From positions 1 through 46,936 of the forward strand of contig JAUCBJ010000804.1 of NCBI GenBank assembly GCA_032718475.1: a stretch of DNA of 46,936 nucleotides, written 5' to 3'. This DNA comes from Nemertoderma westbladi (lineage: Eukaryota > Animalia > Xenacoelomorpha). The translations under genes were made by a program, and so were the position numbers. The notes beneath the pieces are model-generated. The model did not search any database. It had not been told where the DNA came from and worked only from the letters and a program-made list of their open reading frames with translations. Below are positions 22,330 to 34,493 of the stretch, piece after piece. Numbering within the stretch: the stretch's first letter is position 1; every line of letters starts with the position of its first letter.

Positions 22330-24902
22330 TAACTTGGAAGCCTCCCCAAATAGTTGATATACAATTATATTTAAAATTATTTCCATGGTCATGGTCATTC
22401 ACCCGTCTTTAGTTAGAAATTTGTTTGCATGAAAGACAGTTTAGTTTAGTTTTTACTGATTTATTATCTCTTATCTGACTGGGGTAATAATAAAGGATAG
22501 GATAAATGGAAGCAAAGTGTGACAGTAACAAATATTTCCCCGTCACCCTAGCATGTCTTAAGTATATGATATTCAATGGGGGAAGTTTGGATTCACTGCA
22601 TAAATGCAGTTCACCAAACTTCCCCCGAATGCACACTGTAACTTCCCCCTTCCCACAAATATCCACTGTTGAATTAATTTGAAGCGATATAATAAGTACA
22701 AAATTGTGCGAGTTTTTAATTGTGTGGTCCAATTGTTATTTGATTTCTATTTATTATTTAAAGTGCATTTAATATCACACTGGTTTTTAGAATATTATAC
22801 TATACAACCTTATGTTTTATTAATTTACCCAATCGAAGCCTCATAAGGGCCGGTTATTTGTACGCATATCCCCTAATGCGCTCAGTAAGGTTCAAACAAC
22901 ATATTAATATGAAAATAAAGTATCTGCAAAGAAAAGAACCCAATACTATATAATTTGACCTTATTAAAAAATTTGCACTTTTGCACACTTATTTGTACAA
23001 ATGCACTTTAGCAGATCGTAATGGTGGCTCTTATTTAACAAACTTATGTTTATCCTCTACCGATCTACGATGGTGTATGATCAAGTGTCAGTCGCTAAAA
23101 GTGTCAAAAATCCAATTTAATAAATCTGGATTTGCGATTTTGGACCATATTCATGGACATTTTTAAGTCACTTTATAGACATACAAAGTTAAACAAATGT
23201 TACGATTATAGTTAGAAATCATTCCAAACTACATTTTAATCCAAAAAATAATATTCTACGATGAATAGAACTGGAAATAACAGTGTTTGAAATATCGAAA
23301 AAATGTTCACTATTTAAGTGCATTTTGCACTAAGTGCACATGCGTCTTTTCCCAAGTTGTATCCTATTTCCCACACTACAATCTATCATCTATCCAATGA
23401 AAAAAGTTTCAGATCAAACGGCCCAATAGAACCGAAGTTATTGATGTTTAAAAATAGTCACTCGAAAATTTCAAATTCTCTTGGTCACATAGTCTAGTGG
23501 TTATCAATCACACGTTAATGAAACCTAAGTTCGCGGGTTCGAAATCCAATATTGACCTGACCATTCTTAATTTTTTTGCAAAAAAAATTATTTTTATTTT
23601 TTCACTAAAATCGCTCTAACTTCGGTTCTGGTGGTCCAAATTCAATAAAATTGGTATATTCTTTGCCGTAATTTTTATATTAATCTTTTGAGAAGGGGTT
23701 ATTTTTGGCCCCAAAAAAATTAAAAAAAAGGGACAAAATAACGCGATATTTTTCGACCCTTAAAATTCGTAATTTTAATTATATATGTTAAGATAAAAGA
23801 TAGCGGAGTTAATTTGATACTTTTTACAGGTACTTTTGGCGCAATACGCTAAATTATAATGGAATAGCGATTTGTTAAAAAATAAAAATTTTCGTCCCTT
23901 TTTATAAATATTATATTTCACACGATCGCCTGCCGCTCCAGTTTTATAATACCTCCGGCGCTGTGATTAACGCTGTTAGATAGATAATTTAACGCACTAT
24001 AAGTCTGTGTAAACAAATCTCCCGTAAGTTAAGTAGTTTTCGAGCTAGACGATTTCCCGCGAAGCAAGTTTGAAGCGCGAAATTATAATTTTGGCCCTCA
24101 TTTTTTTAATATCATCCTTGGAGCAAAACCGATAGCATATTTGAATTCCCCGTATGGATATTGACTGTATAGAATGTACCTTAACCAACTAAAGTTAAAA
24201 ATAAAAAATTATTCGATAAAAACTACTTTACAAATTCTGGCCCTTTTTGGCCCCTATTGCCGACATATTTTTTGTACCCCCATTCGATAGGAACGTAGCC
24301 CCAATGGTCTTCTACGAGTTTCATAAAAGAATTAGTGGATTCCTACCCGCGTTGTCGAATTAAACATTTCGGAAATATGTTTTCCAAAAAAGACGGACAA
24401 AAACGTACAAATTTACAGCCCCTTTTTACACCCGAAATTTTAATAAATATCTTACCCCCATTCGATACGAAGGTAGTACCACTCTTCCCCTTTCCAACCG
24501 CGTTACTTTCGTCCCCGTACGATTAACATTAGCCGAGTTATAGCGGATCCCGCAAAGTCATTTTGTCCGTTTTTTCAACTTTGACGGACATTTTCGGAAA
24601 AAAGGCGTGGTAATCTTTTTTAAAAAAAAAAAACGAATTCACTAATTAATCCCTTCTATCGTATCCCGGCGTCGGCTAAGCAATAACCTAGGGTTTTTTC
24701 GAGCCACTGTAGAGCGCCTTTCAAAAAAATTTTAAAATTGTCGAAAAAATGACGGATTTTTGTCCGCCGTGTCCGTCGAAGGGTTAGATTTAATAATGTT
24801 AGAGTTGCTAATATCTTAGAATTCCGAGCCGCTCCCCTGGTGAGAAAATAAAAAAATTTGGTCTGTTCCTTCATCGAAAAGTCCCCCAGAATCCCAAGTT
24901 AA
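22330..24902. mobile_element. AT-rich non-coding region resembling non-autonomous DNA transposon(s)
   Basis: Many short direct/inverted motif repeats (AAGTGCA, GAACCGAAGTTA/TAACTTCGGTTC, TACCCCCATTCGATA); possible TTAA-CTTGG...CCAAG-TTAA ends. Confidence 0.35.
23483..23577 (+). other. tRNA-derived (SINE-head-like) sequence with A/B boxes and T7 run
   Basis: GGTCACA-TAGTCTAGTGG...GGTTCGAAATCC...TGACC...TTTTTTT; no proper anticodon arm. Confidence 0.5.
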
Positions 24903-25454
24903 CCTATATAGTTAGCGATGGCCTGCGGCTTTAGGAGCGGCCGCGGTATTCACCTCCCTCATAGCGGCCGCGGCGGTGTTGCGTCAAATGGAGAAATATT
25001 TATCCCACCAAGCTGATAGCAGTATTCAGTATACAGTAGTAAGTTGCTGGCCTAAAGCCAGCCGAGGCCAAGTTTCGACAATAAAGAAATAGATCTGTCC
25101 CCATTGAGTTATTTGAACATTCTCACATTCATACATTCTGTTAGGGAACCCCAGTATTTGCGATTAGGCGATAAGTGAACACGCTGAGTGTAATAGCCTC
25201 TAACACTCGTTTTAAGTAGCTTAGGGAGCCGATTCGGGTTTATTGTTTTGATTATTCCCGCGTGGCTCATAGTTTCGAACAGTTAGCTCTCTATCGAGCG
25301 ATCGGTAGAGAAAGGAACAAGCGATTTCAGGAGCCGTATAAAATTAGTAAAATATATTAGCGGACGGCAGGTTAGCGCCATCCAGCGGTAAGAAGCAGTT
25401 CTGTGTTTAGCGGCAGTGTAGCAGTAATAACGCGCTCCTGATCGCCCCTGTTTA

Positions 25455-25890
25455 ACAACCCGAGACTCCAATGCATCCGAGAAAAGCTAGCCCCATATGT
25501 ATTCCATGCTCGGTGGGTCTCAGGCAAGTCCAACTGCATCGCAGTTTCTGCAGAAATTCCAATAACATCTATTAACCTAAGAATAATTGCTGTTCTAGAA
25601 CAGGAAGATTCTCAATATATTAACTTGAGTCACGACCCCACCTTAGAAATAATCGAACATGCAGCTGAGAATGACCCTTCTTATAAAGAATTGAAACATT
25701 CAATCCTTACTTTAACCGACACTGAAAAATTAGATTTGTCTCCCCCCCTACAATGCTATAAGGGGATAATTAACGAATTAAATAATCGAACGTGCAGCTG
25801 AGAATGACCCTTCTTATAAAGAACTGAAACATTCAATCCTTACTTTAACCGACAATGAAAAATTAGATTTGTCTCCCTCCCTACAATACT
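25455..25890 (+). pseudogene. Gypsy pol fragment (RNase H end/integrase linker) with ~110-bp internal duplication
   Basis: NNPRLQCIREKLAPYVFHARWVSGKSNCIA...DPTLEIIEHAAENDPSYKEL; copies at ~25648 and ~25781. Confidence 0.7.
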
Positions 25891-26705
25891 ATGCTGAAAC
25901 CACTGCAACGATTTTCAGGTATCTAACTAAAAAAGTCCTTTAAAAGTGGGATGACCCCGTAAAACTCGAATCACAACCCCGTAAAACTCGAATCTATGAT
26001 AGAGGGGCCCTAACTCTGAATTTATAATGGTGAAGGGATTAGAAAAAGGAAGGTAAAAAAAACTTGAGGGGGTAATTGATAAGATTCCATTACCTTTCTT
26101 ACAGTGTATTGAATCTACTGTACATCTACTTTACTGCAGTATATGCGGTAGGCATACCTATTGTTTACGTGGATTGTAGTATACCGGTGTGGTCATTATG
26201 TCTGATCTGGGTTTATTATATATGATACTGTGATAGTCATTCATTATATTGAGGTAAGTTATTGCTCTTGCTTTTTATCATGTAAAGCTAACCAACCACC
26301 CACCTACACATGGACGAAGTACAGCACATTGTATTCAAGCTGCGCGACTGGCGCCTCCTACAACACAATACAAGCCAAGAAGCTCTGCAGCTTGTCAATC
26401 AATATTGTTTGTGAAATTTTCTGAATAATTAATGGAATAGTAAATAATTAATATATAAATAATATAGTAAATAATATAGTAAATAAATAATAGTAAATAA
26501 ATTCCATCTCAATTAATAATATTATTCTCTTGAAATGCACTGTTGAAATGCAGAATAAGTTATTGGGTGTGCAGTATGCAGTACCTTGCATGTTGATTTT
26601 GTGTTACCGGTAGCTGACTGGATGTAAACTTATAACAGGTACTGAACTGAAATATTATATTTTTTTCACTGTTAATTTACATCTGTACATTGTTAAACAC
26701 TGAAC

Positions 26706-27334
26706 ATGCCACCTAAGTTTTCCAATGAAGCCATCGGAAAAAGCAATTAAAACTATGTCTGAAGGAATGGCAAAAATCTCGCATCAGCTTCAACCATCAA
26801 CCTCAGATACAGATACTCCGTCAATGTTCGATGAAATCTGCCATCTTAAAGATGAAAACATTAACCTGAAGAAAGATTTGCTGGATTTACGTAATGCTGC
26901 TGATGACCAGCAGCAATACCATAGTCGTAACAATGTTTTGTTCCACGGCATTTCGGAGTTAGGAGTTGAAAAGGACTTCTCTTTAATGAAGGCCATCTTA
27001 CTAAAAGTAATCCTCAACATAAAGCAGGTGGATGTCTGGCATCATCGGCTGGGTCGTACGAATAAGAATAATAAACCACGGCCCATTCTTGTACGGTTTT
27101 TTTTGGCATGGTTCCCGTTATGTTGTCTTTAAAAATCGTGATAAACTTCCAGATAAAATTTACCCTACCGATCATTTAACAGCCAAATGTTCCGAGCTTC
27201 TTCGTGAAGCCGTTCTTTTAAAGAAGAAGAAGAGTGTTTTCACAGCATATTCCATCAATGGTCAAGTCTGTGTTCGTATTTGGAATGACGAAATCCCGAT
27301 AAAGATCAATCAAAGTTCTGAGTTAATTAACTAG
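26706..27334 (+). pseudogene. LINE ORF1 (coiled coil + RRM-type, CR1/L2/Crack group), frameshifted
   Basis: QQYHSRNNVLFHGISE, HRLG, KPRPILVRF, IYPTDHLT, AYSINGQVCVR. Confidence 0.75.
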
Positions 27335-28279
27335 GAGCAGCAACATTTAAGTGGTTCCTCTAATGTTGCGTCCCCTCCCCGTACTGCGGGTTCTGCCAGA
27401 CGCGCCAATCGTCAACTAGTCATCGTTCAACGCGCTTGATACAACGTTCTATGATGGGAGAGGATCGTGGGGATGATAACCGAGACAACCTCTGAGACAG
27501 ATTAACTTCCAAAAATCTATATGTCCTAAACGTAAGGTGTGTTTTACTTTGTTTATCATAAAATGCCAATTGATAGAAACTAAATGTAAGGTGTGTTTTA
27601 CTGCGTGTTTTGCTTTTTTTTATTATAAAGAGCCACTTGTTAGAAACTATTGCCAATGTTTTTAATTGTTGATTTAATTTGTTGAATTTATACAAAATAA
27701 CAGTAGCTTCTATACTCTATTCTTAGTAACGGCGTAGGTTTTAATCATAAATTTATTTAGCTGAGTTGTATTGATATCGGAACTTATTGCGATTACAATA
27801 CAGTAGAAAATTATTGTCACATAACATTGTATTCATGAACCCGTGTTATTCTTGTGATTCAATTAAATCGTATCAGACATGCTAATAACTCTTAACACAC
27901 TAACCTGTTCAATTCACTTCAGTGTTATGCTGCAATTATTAGCGACTAGTTGCAATCACCATACTAACCCCCATTTATTAACACATTAATATGTCAGTTC
28001 AGTTCACTTCAGACCTTTTATTATTTTGCAAACCCCTGTATGCATTACTCCATTATTATTATTATTGGTCAGTGCAGCAAACATCACCACATGTCACAAA
28101 GTAATGTTGATAGTTCCCACCATGTCCTACGTCCCCATCCTAACCAGAATGAAAGCTATAATTTTTGTTTTCTACTTTTACCTCTCTCGATAAATTTTTT
28201 ACTTGTCCAATTTGTAGCCAGTCTTTCCACTTCCAGTGCGGAACATTTCTACCAAACGTTTCAAATCGAGTCAACTTAA

Positions 28280-30436
28280 ACTTTGCAAAAAACATTTTTT
28301 CATTGCGCCTGTTAGTTTGCTCAAAAAAGACCTGTTCCCATTTGGGAACACTGGCAGCACAGCAAATTCAATATATTTTTAAAATAACAAAAATATAAAG
28401 TTGTGTCTCAAAACATTAAAAACAACAAACAGACTCCAATTTTATTGACTTTTATCCTGTACAATTTTATTGGCCTTGGGGCCGTCTTTCATGTCCCATT
28501 TGGGAACACTGGTGATGTTTGATTGAATTAGTAAACGATGGTGACGGATTTTGTTTGATTTGAATTAGTAAACAACTTATGGAGAGGCTTTGGTTGAAAT
28601 TATATTTTACAATTAAGAACCAGGTCAATCCCATTTGGGAACACTGCTCCCTTAGATCTATTCTCGCGTCCTGAGCCCAGCCAACACGCTCTTCAGTGCT
28701 CCATTATATCTATTTTCGAGCCCTGAACTGAGCCAACACGCCCAACTGCACTCCATTAGATATATTATCGCGTCCTGAGCCCGGCCAACACTCCCTACTG
28801 CGCTCCATTAGATCTATTCTTTCATCCCGAGCCGATCCAACACGCCATACTGCACTCAATTAGATCTATTCTCGCACCCCGAGCCCAGCCAACACGCTCT
28901 TCAGTGCTCCATTATATCTATTTTCGAGCCCTGAACTGAGCCAACACGCCCAACTGCACTCCATTAGATATATTATCGCGTCCTGAGCCCGGCCAACACT
29001 CCCTACTGCGCTCCATTAAATATATATTTGAGTCCAGATGCGAGCGAACACGCCATGCTGCGCTCCATTCTGCGCGTCCCGAGCCGAGCCATTACACCAA
29101 AAATTGTTCCCAAATGGGACAAAAAATTGCATAATAAAGTTTATTTCAGCTATACATATTGCATTCGTCTTACCTACATCAATAGTCAAACAGTATTTGG
29201 TTCAATTTTACTATATTATTTTACAGCAGAAATACGTTCACATATAGTGTTCCCAAATGGGACAATAGCTGGTCGCTTTTGATACAGCAGGACACAAATA
29301 GGACCTACATATTCATTTATGTAATTTTAAATGATTTTATTTTATTTCCCTAGGAAAAAAGTAACCCATAGGATTACATTGATTTTACTTTTTTTCCCGG
29401 CGAAAAAAGTAAATTAACATATTTTTGGAGGAATTTCTTAAATTTAATTATATATATTTACAGAGAATCGAGGTAGAAAAGGTTTGCAAGTAATTTGGGC
29501 AAAATCCATTCACACACTTAAAAGTTATTGCAACTTTAGTGTTTGCCAGGCGAACTCTAAAACGGAACTCTATATCCAATATTGGTTTATGTTGTTAAGC
29601 GGTTCTCTAGTTACGTAATATATTTTCGAGAACACTAAATTATTGTATCATTGAGTAAGTCAACATCGAGACTGAAGAGTACAATAATTGAATCGCAGTA
29701 ACTATGGAAGCAATATAGTTAAATACTACAGTTCAATTAATTTTGTAACACTACTGTACTGTAGTATATCGCTTTGTTTTATTAAAGAATTTAGCAACAA
29801 AAAAAGTACCAATTTAAGAAAAAAATTACGTATTACATGGGAATAAACGTAGAACATTTTTTTTTTCAATATTCTCTCGACCCTTTATTAACCTCGTCGA
29901 CGCTCGGTAAATAAAATGCCTCGAGCATAATGAAAAAAAGTTCTACTTTTTTTCCCATGTAATAAATAATGATTTTTAGAGTAATACATCGAGTAAAACT
30001 GTTTTGAAATTTTTGATATTCTATTTTCTCACCAGTGTTTCCAAATTGGAACATCAATTTGTATAGGGAGTAATATGGCACAAGGTGGTCGTTTTAATCA
30101 AATAATCAAAAAGTCGTCAAATAATAATGTCATATTATTTAAAAACCTAATTTTAATGTCGCCGCCACTGGTTTGGAATATCAAATTTGTAACGTTTTTG
30201 ACCAATAATGTTTGCATGTCCCAAATATCGAAAAAAATGAGAATTTCCATAATTTGGCATGCCAAAAGACCAACTTGAAGTTTGAAAGCACTTGAAGTTG
30301 AAAATTAAAAACAATATTCCACTCTTCATAAACATATTAACATTAAAAAAAGTATTATAAGCCTAAATTAAATTTCCTCCAGTTGAATTAAAAAAAAACT
30401 CCTCCCAATTGGGAACACTGGGAGATAGAAGGTTAA
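28280..30436. mobile_element. Non-autonomous DNA transposon remnant (piggyBac-like right end) interrupting the LINE
   Basis: Quasi-palindrome TGT(T)CCCAWWTGGGA(A)CA seven times (28333, 28492, 28630, 29106, 29248, 30035, 30404); right end GGGAGATAGAAGG-TTAA; left TIR not seen. Confidence 0.5.
28652..29091. repeat. ~52-bp minisatellite, ~8.5 units with 4-unit higher-order periodicity
   Basis: Unit TTAGATCTATT...GAGCC.AGCCAACAC...TGC.CTCCA; units 1-3 recur almost exactly as units 5-7. Confidence 0.9.
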
Positions 30437-31490
30437 AGGAACATGGCGTACAATTAATTCTTTATTTCATTGTGGTAAGAAACTTTCGACTCCAAACAAA
30501 CTGCTTAATTCTAATGAATCTATCATAACGGAACCTTCTGATATAGCTAATGAATTCAACACATTTTTTACTTCCATTGGACCAGAATTAGCTTCCGAAA
30601 TCCCACATTCACCACGCAGTCCGACTCCTTTTATTTCACATAACAAACCAAATTCATTTTCACTGGTTGAAACAACTCCAATTGGTCCAATATTATATTC
30701 TCAATTTAAAAGATGACGACTTCCAGTTAAGCTTCTTAAATTAGGTTACTGTGCACTATTATCCTGTGTCCTTACCCCATATCTGTCTGCTTTAATCAAC
30801 TTATTTATATCAAAGGGTTTCTACCCATCTTTATTAAAGGTGGTAATGGTCATTCCACTCTACAAAGGTGGCAGCCCGCTTCAATCCTCAAACTATAGAC
30901 CAATTTCGCTTCTCTCTGTATTTAATAAAATTTACGAAACTATAATAAATACTCAATTAGTGTAATCTCTGTGACCATCCTGTGTCCTAACCAATTCCTT
31001 TTTCGCAAAAAATATACAACATCTTTTGCAATCCTTAATAATATAGTTGAAACAATCCGGGATGCTCTCGACAATAAAGTTATATACATAGACCTCAGGA
31101 AAGCATTTGACTCCTTAGACCACTCCATTCTTCTTTTAAAAAAACTGTTATGGTATTCGCGGCACTCCTCACCATCTTCTCTCTGACTAGCTCACAAACT
31201 GCTCTCAATTTGATTCTCTTGGAAATGACAATTCCGTCAACAGATCTATTTCATATGGTATTCCCCAAGGCTCCGTCCTCGGACCTCTCCTTTTTCTGAT
31301 ATATGTTAGTGATCTTCCCAAATGCAGCTCCTTTCTCACAACTCTTCGCCGACGACACCTCTTTAGTGCACCGTTCTGGTGCATCTTCACAATTAATTCC
31401 AACCATTAATTTACATCTTGCCAAGGTGTCAGATTGGCTTGTCAATAACAGACTCTTAATCAACACTAAGAGAACTGAGTCCTAATACTT
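30437..31490 (+). pseudogene. CR1/L2-group LINE ORF2 reverse transcriptase, decayed
   Basis: [72 protein letters not shown]. Confidence 0.9.
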
Positions 31491-31499
31491 GGGCGAATC

Positions 31500-33140
31500 A
31501 ATTGCCCGGGATAACTTGACAATCAGGGTGACTGGTCCCTAACCAGTGAGGCAGAAATACAGTCACAGACCAAACTCGCGAGAAAACAATCCCCACGTAG
31601 CGAATCTTAACTACTGCTAATGGACCTAAAATACTGTAGACATGCCACGGTGTGATTTATATGGGTATAATACGAGCCAGTGGGACAACCGAACACTAGC
31701 GTAAAGCAATACTGCCGACAGAAAAAGCAGTCAAAGGGGGTATAATATCATTAAAATAATACAACAAAATCTCGAGGCGTGCGTGTGTGTGTGTGTGTGT
31801 TACGATAAAACACATTTTGGTGTATCACTGTTATACAAGGTTATGATGACTTTAACAAAATAATAATACTGGGCGCTAGCTACTAGAATAAGCTAGTCGC
31901 TCGCTGGGGGAGCAATACTTACAAACTGACGTCAAAAGGGCTCGGTCCTCCTATATTCACAACTCGAGCGGGCAATTATGGTGTTAGTAACTACGCCCGC
32001 GATTGGCACTGATACCAGACTCTGATTGTGAAAAATAGAGAATAGGGTGTTAATTTGCTACCTGTACTATTAGCTGATCTGGTATGTGAAGTTTATTCTA
32101 GAAAGTTTGTTGCTGGTGGTATACAGCCAATATATATCAGTACGTGGCAAGGGCACGGTAGAAATATTAGTAACCGCCCTTTAGCCTAAATATGTGCTGA
32201 TAGCAGAATGCTGCCTTTTGCCTGAGCAAATACGTTGGATTCAGACGGATCGGACAACTGTAAGGCCTACTGCGCTAACAGGTACTGTGCTAGTATGGTA
32301 AAGTCACCAAATTATAGTGCATGCTATTTGCACCAAGTGTACTCGCGCGTACTAGCAATCAGCATCAGCTCGCACCTGTAAGAGATACAGGTGTTAAAAC
32401 AAGGTGATATAGGAGATAAAGCTCATCTATCCCATCATATTAGACATGTACCGTACAACAAGAGTCCCACAAGAAATGAAAACAAATAAGTTGGTGCCAG
32501 TTCCCAAGAAGGGCAACCTAACACTCTATGGTTCTTTTCGGGGAATCTCATTGATCTCAATTGCTGCAAAGTTATACAATAGAATTCTATTAAATCGCAT
32601 CAGAGATCCCATTGAGAGACTGCTCCGTGGAAATCAGAATGGGTTCCGTAAAGGTCGTGGGACAATGGAGCCCATTTTGGCACTTAGAAGGATAATTGAA
32701 GAGTTATCAAAAAAGAAAGACAGGCATCTGGCTGTTATCTTTGTTGACTTCTTCAAGGCCTTTGATTCAGTCTCTCGCTCACGTATGTTCAGCATACTTT
32801 CATTATATGGGATTCCTGATGAAATTATTGCAGCAATCAGATCAGTACGATGGTTCGACAATATTTGTGTCTACTGTTGACGGGCATCCTCCAGTGTGAC
32901 GGGATCGGAGGATCCCGACCAGTTTGGGTTTATGTGATGGAAAAGATAAGAGTTTGTGTTGTTCCGATGTTGTTGTTAAACTCTGATATATGTATATAAT
33001 ATAGGTATAGGTGATACAGAGATAGCATAGTAGACCGGTATGATGATAAGGTAATATACTGGTGACGGCGGTGACGGTCTTAAAATGTCACCGTACTAGC
33101 ATGACTGAGTGACTACTGAGTAAACTAACAATATGAGAAA
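31500..33140 (-). repeat. Diverged relative of the BEL LTR (LTR of element 3), broken by an RTE fragment; ends uncertain
   Basis: Collinear blocks shared with 8250-8880: TAACC.GTGAGGCAGAAA, AGCGAATC, GCC.CGGTGTGATTTATATGG, CTACGCCC, CACGGTAG. Confidence 0.7.
32421..32883 (+). pseudogene. Internal RT fragment of the neighbouring RTE family, opposite orientation
   Basis: Near-identical to reverse complement of ~35507-35965. Confidence 0.93.
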
Positions 33141-34493
33141 CACCAACCGATAATATACTGGGTTGGCCCTAGAACTTGGCTGATGCCTCTCCTATCCCCC
33201 CATTGGCTGATTTCCCACTTCTCGCCTTCTGCTCTGCGGGGGTGTTTCCCCCCCCCCCCCCATTGCTGTTACTTTCCTTCTCCCCGGAGGCTTAACCTCT
33301 GACCTCCATTGTGTGGCCCTCCATTGTGTCGTCCCCGTTTATTGGGGGTGATACGAGGTTGGTTGTTAATCAACCTCGTACTCCCTAATATTGCTTAAAG
33401 GCGCTCTTTCCCACTTTATGGGGGTTGTTGAGGCGGAATTGAATCCACTCACACTCCCCCCCATGCTATCTTCCCGGTGAGAAGATAGCATCAACCTCAA
33501 AGTGCGCTTCAATTCCGCTGGAAACTCGATCTACTATCGGGTGTGGGGTGGAGTTATTTTCTTGGAGTCGGCTTTCCATGCCGCTCCCTATGGGTATGAT
33601 AACGCTACCCAGTCTTGGTGCAACTTATCTATCTTGCACCAATACATCTGACGTCTCGTGTCGAGTCAATTGTGGACTCTCACACAATTTTAAAACTCTC
33701 TCACTAACTCTAATCTCTCACTCTAACTCTAAATCTCTCACTCTAACTCTAATCTCTCACTCTAACTCTCCTCTAACTCCACTCTAACTCCGCTCATACT
33801 CTTTCCCCACACCTGAATCGCACTCGCCTGCACTCTCTCTCGCCAGCAGCTCCTCTCGCTATCTCTTTACTCCTCTCATACTGCCCTCAAAGGCTCTAAA
33901 CCTCTTGTGTTACCCCTGTGCTATCTATCTTATCTAAATCTAACTTACTAACTATCTAACTATCAAGCTTACTAACTACCTACTATCTAACTCTCTTACT
34001 ACTTATTACTTTCTAGCTTCTCTAACTCTAACTAACTCCTAACTCTACTAGAACTCTCCAAACTCTCTACCAACTCTAACCCTACTAGCTCTAACTAGTT
34101 CTCTATCTAAAACTCTCTAACTCTCTACTAACTCTAACTCTACTACCTCTAACTAACTCCTACTACCTCTAACTCTGCTACCACCTCTATCTACGTGGCG
34201 CTTGCGGTGCCCACAACCACTCTCTGCTACTACCTCCATCTACGTGGCGCTTACGGTGCCCACAACCACTCTACTACTACTTCCGTCTAAGTGGCGCTTC
34301 CGGTGCCCACAACCCCTTTCTGCTACTACCTCGTGGCATGTTAATATGCCACACTCCCTTACCCGCCGCCTTCTAACTTAACTCGGTACTACGTACCCTC
34401 TACTCCCATGGTATGTCTATACCACACTCCCTATACCCCGCCGACTTCTAACCTAATTGTACTAACTTCCTAACTAACTTTCTGACTACTACT

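Noticed and set aside
28652-29091. CRISPR-like array of ~52-bp units
   Set aside because: Whole units are homologous with higher-order duplication; no unique spacers
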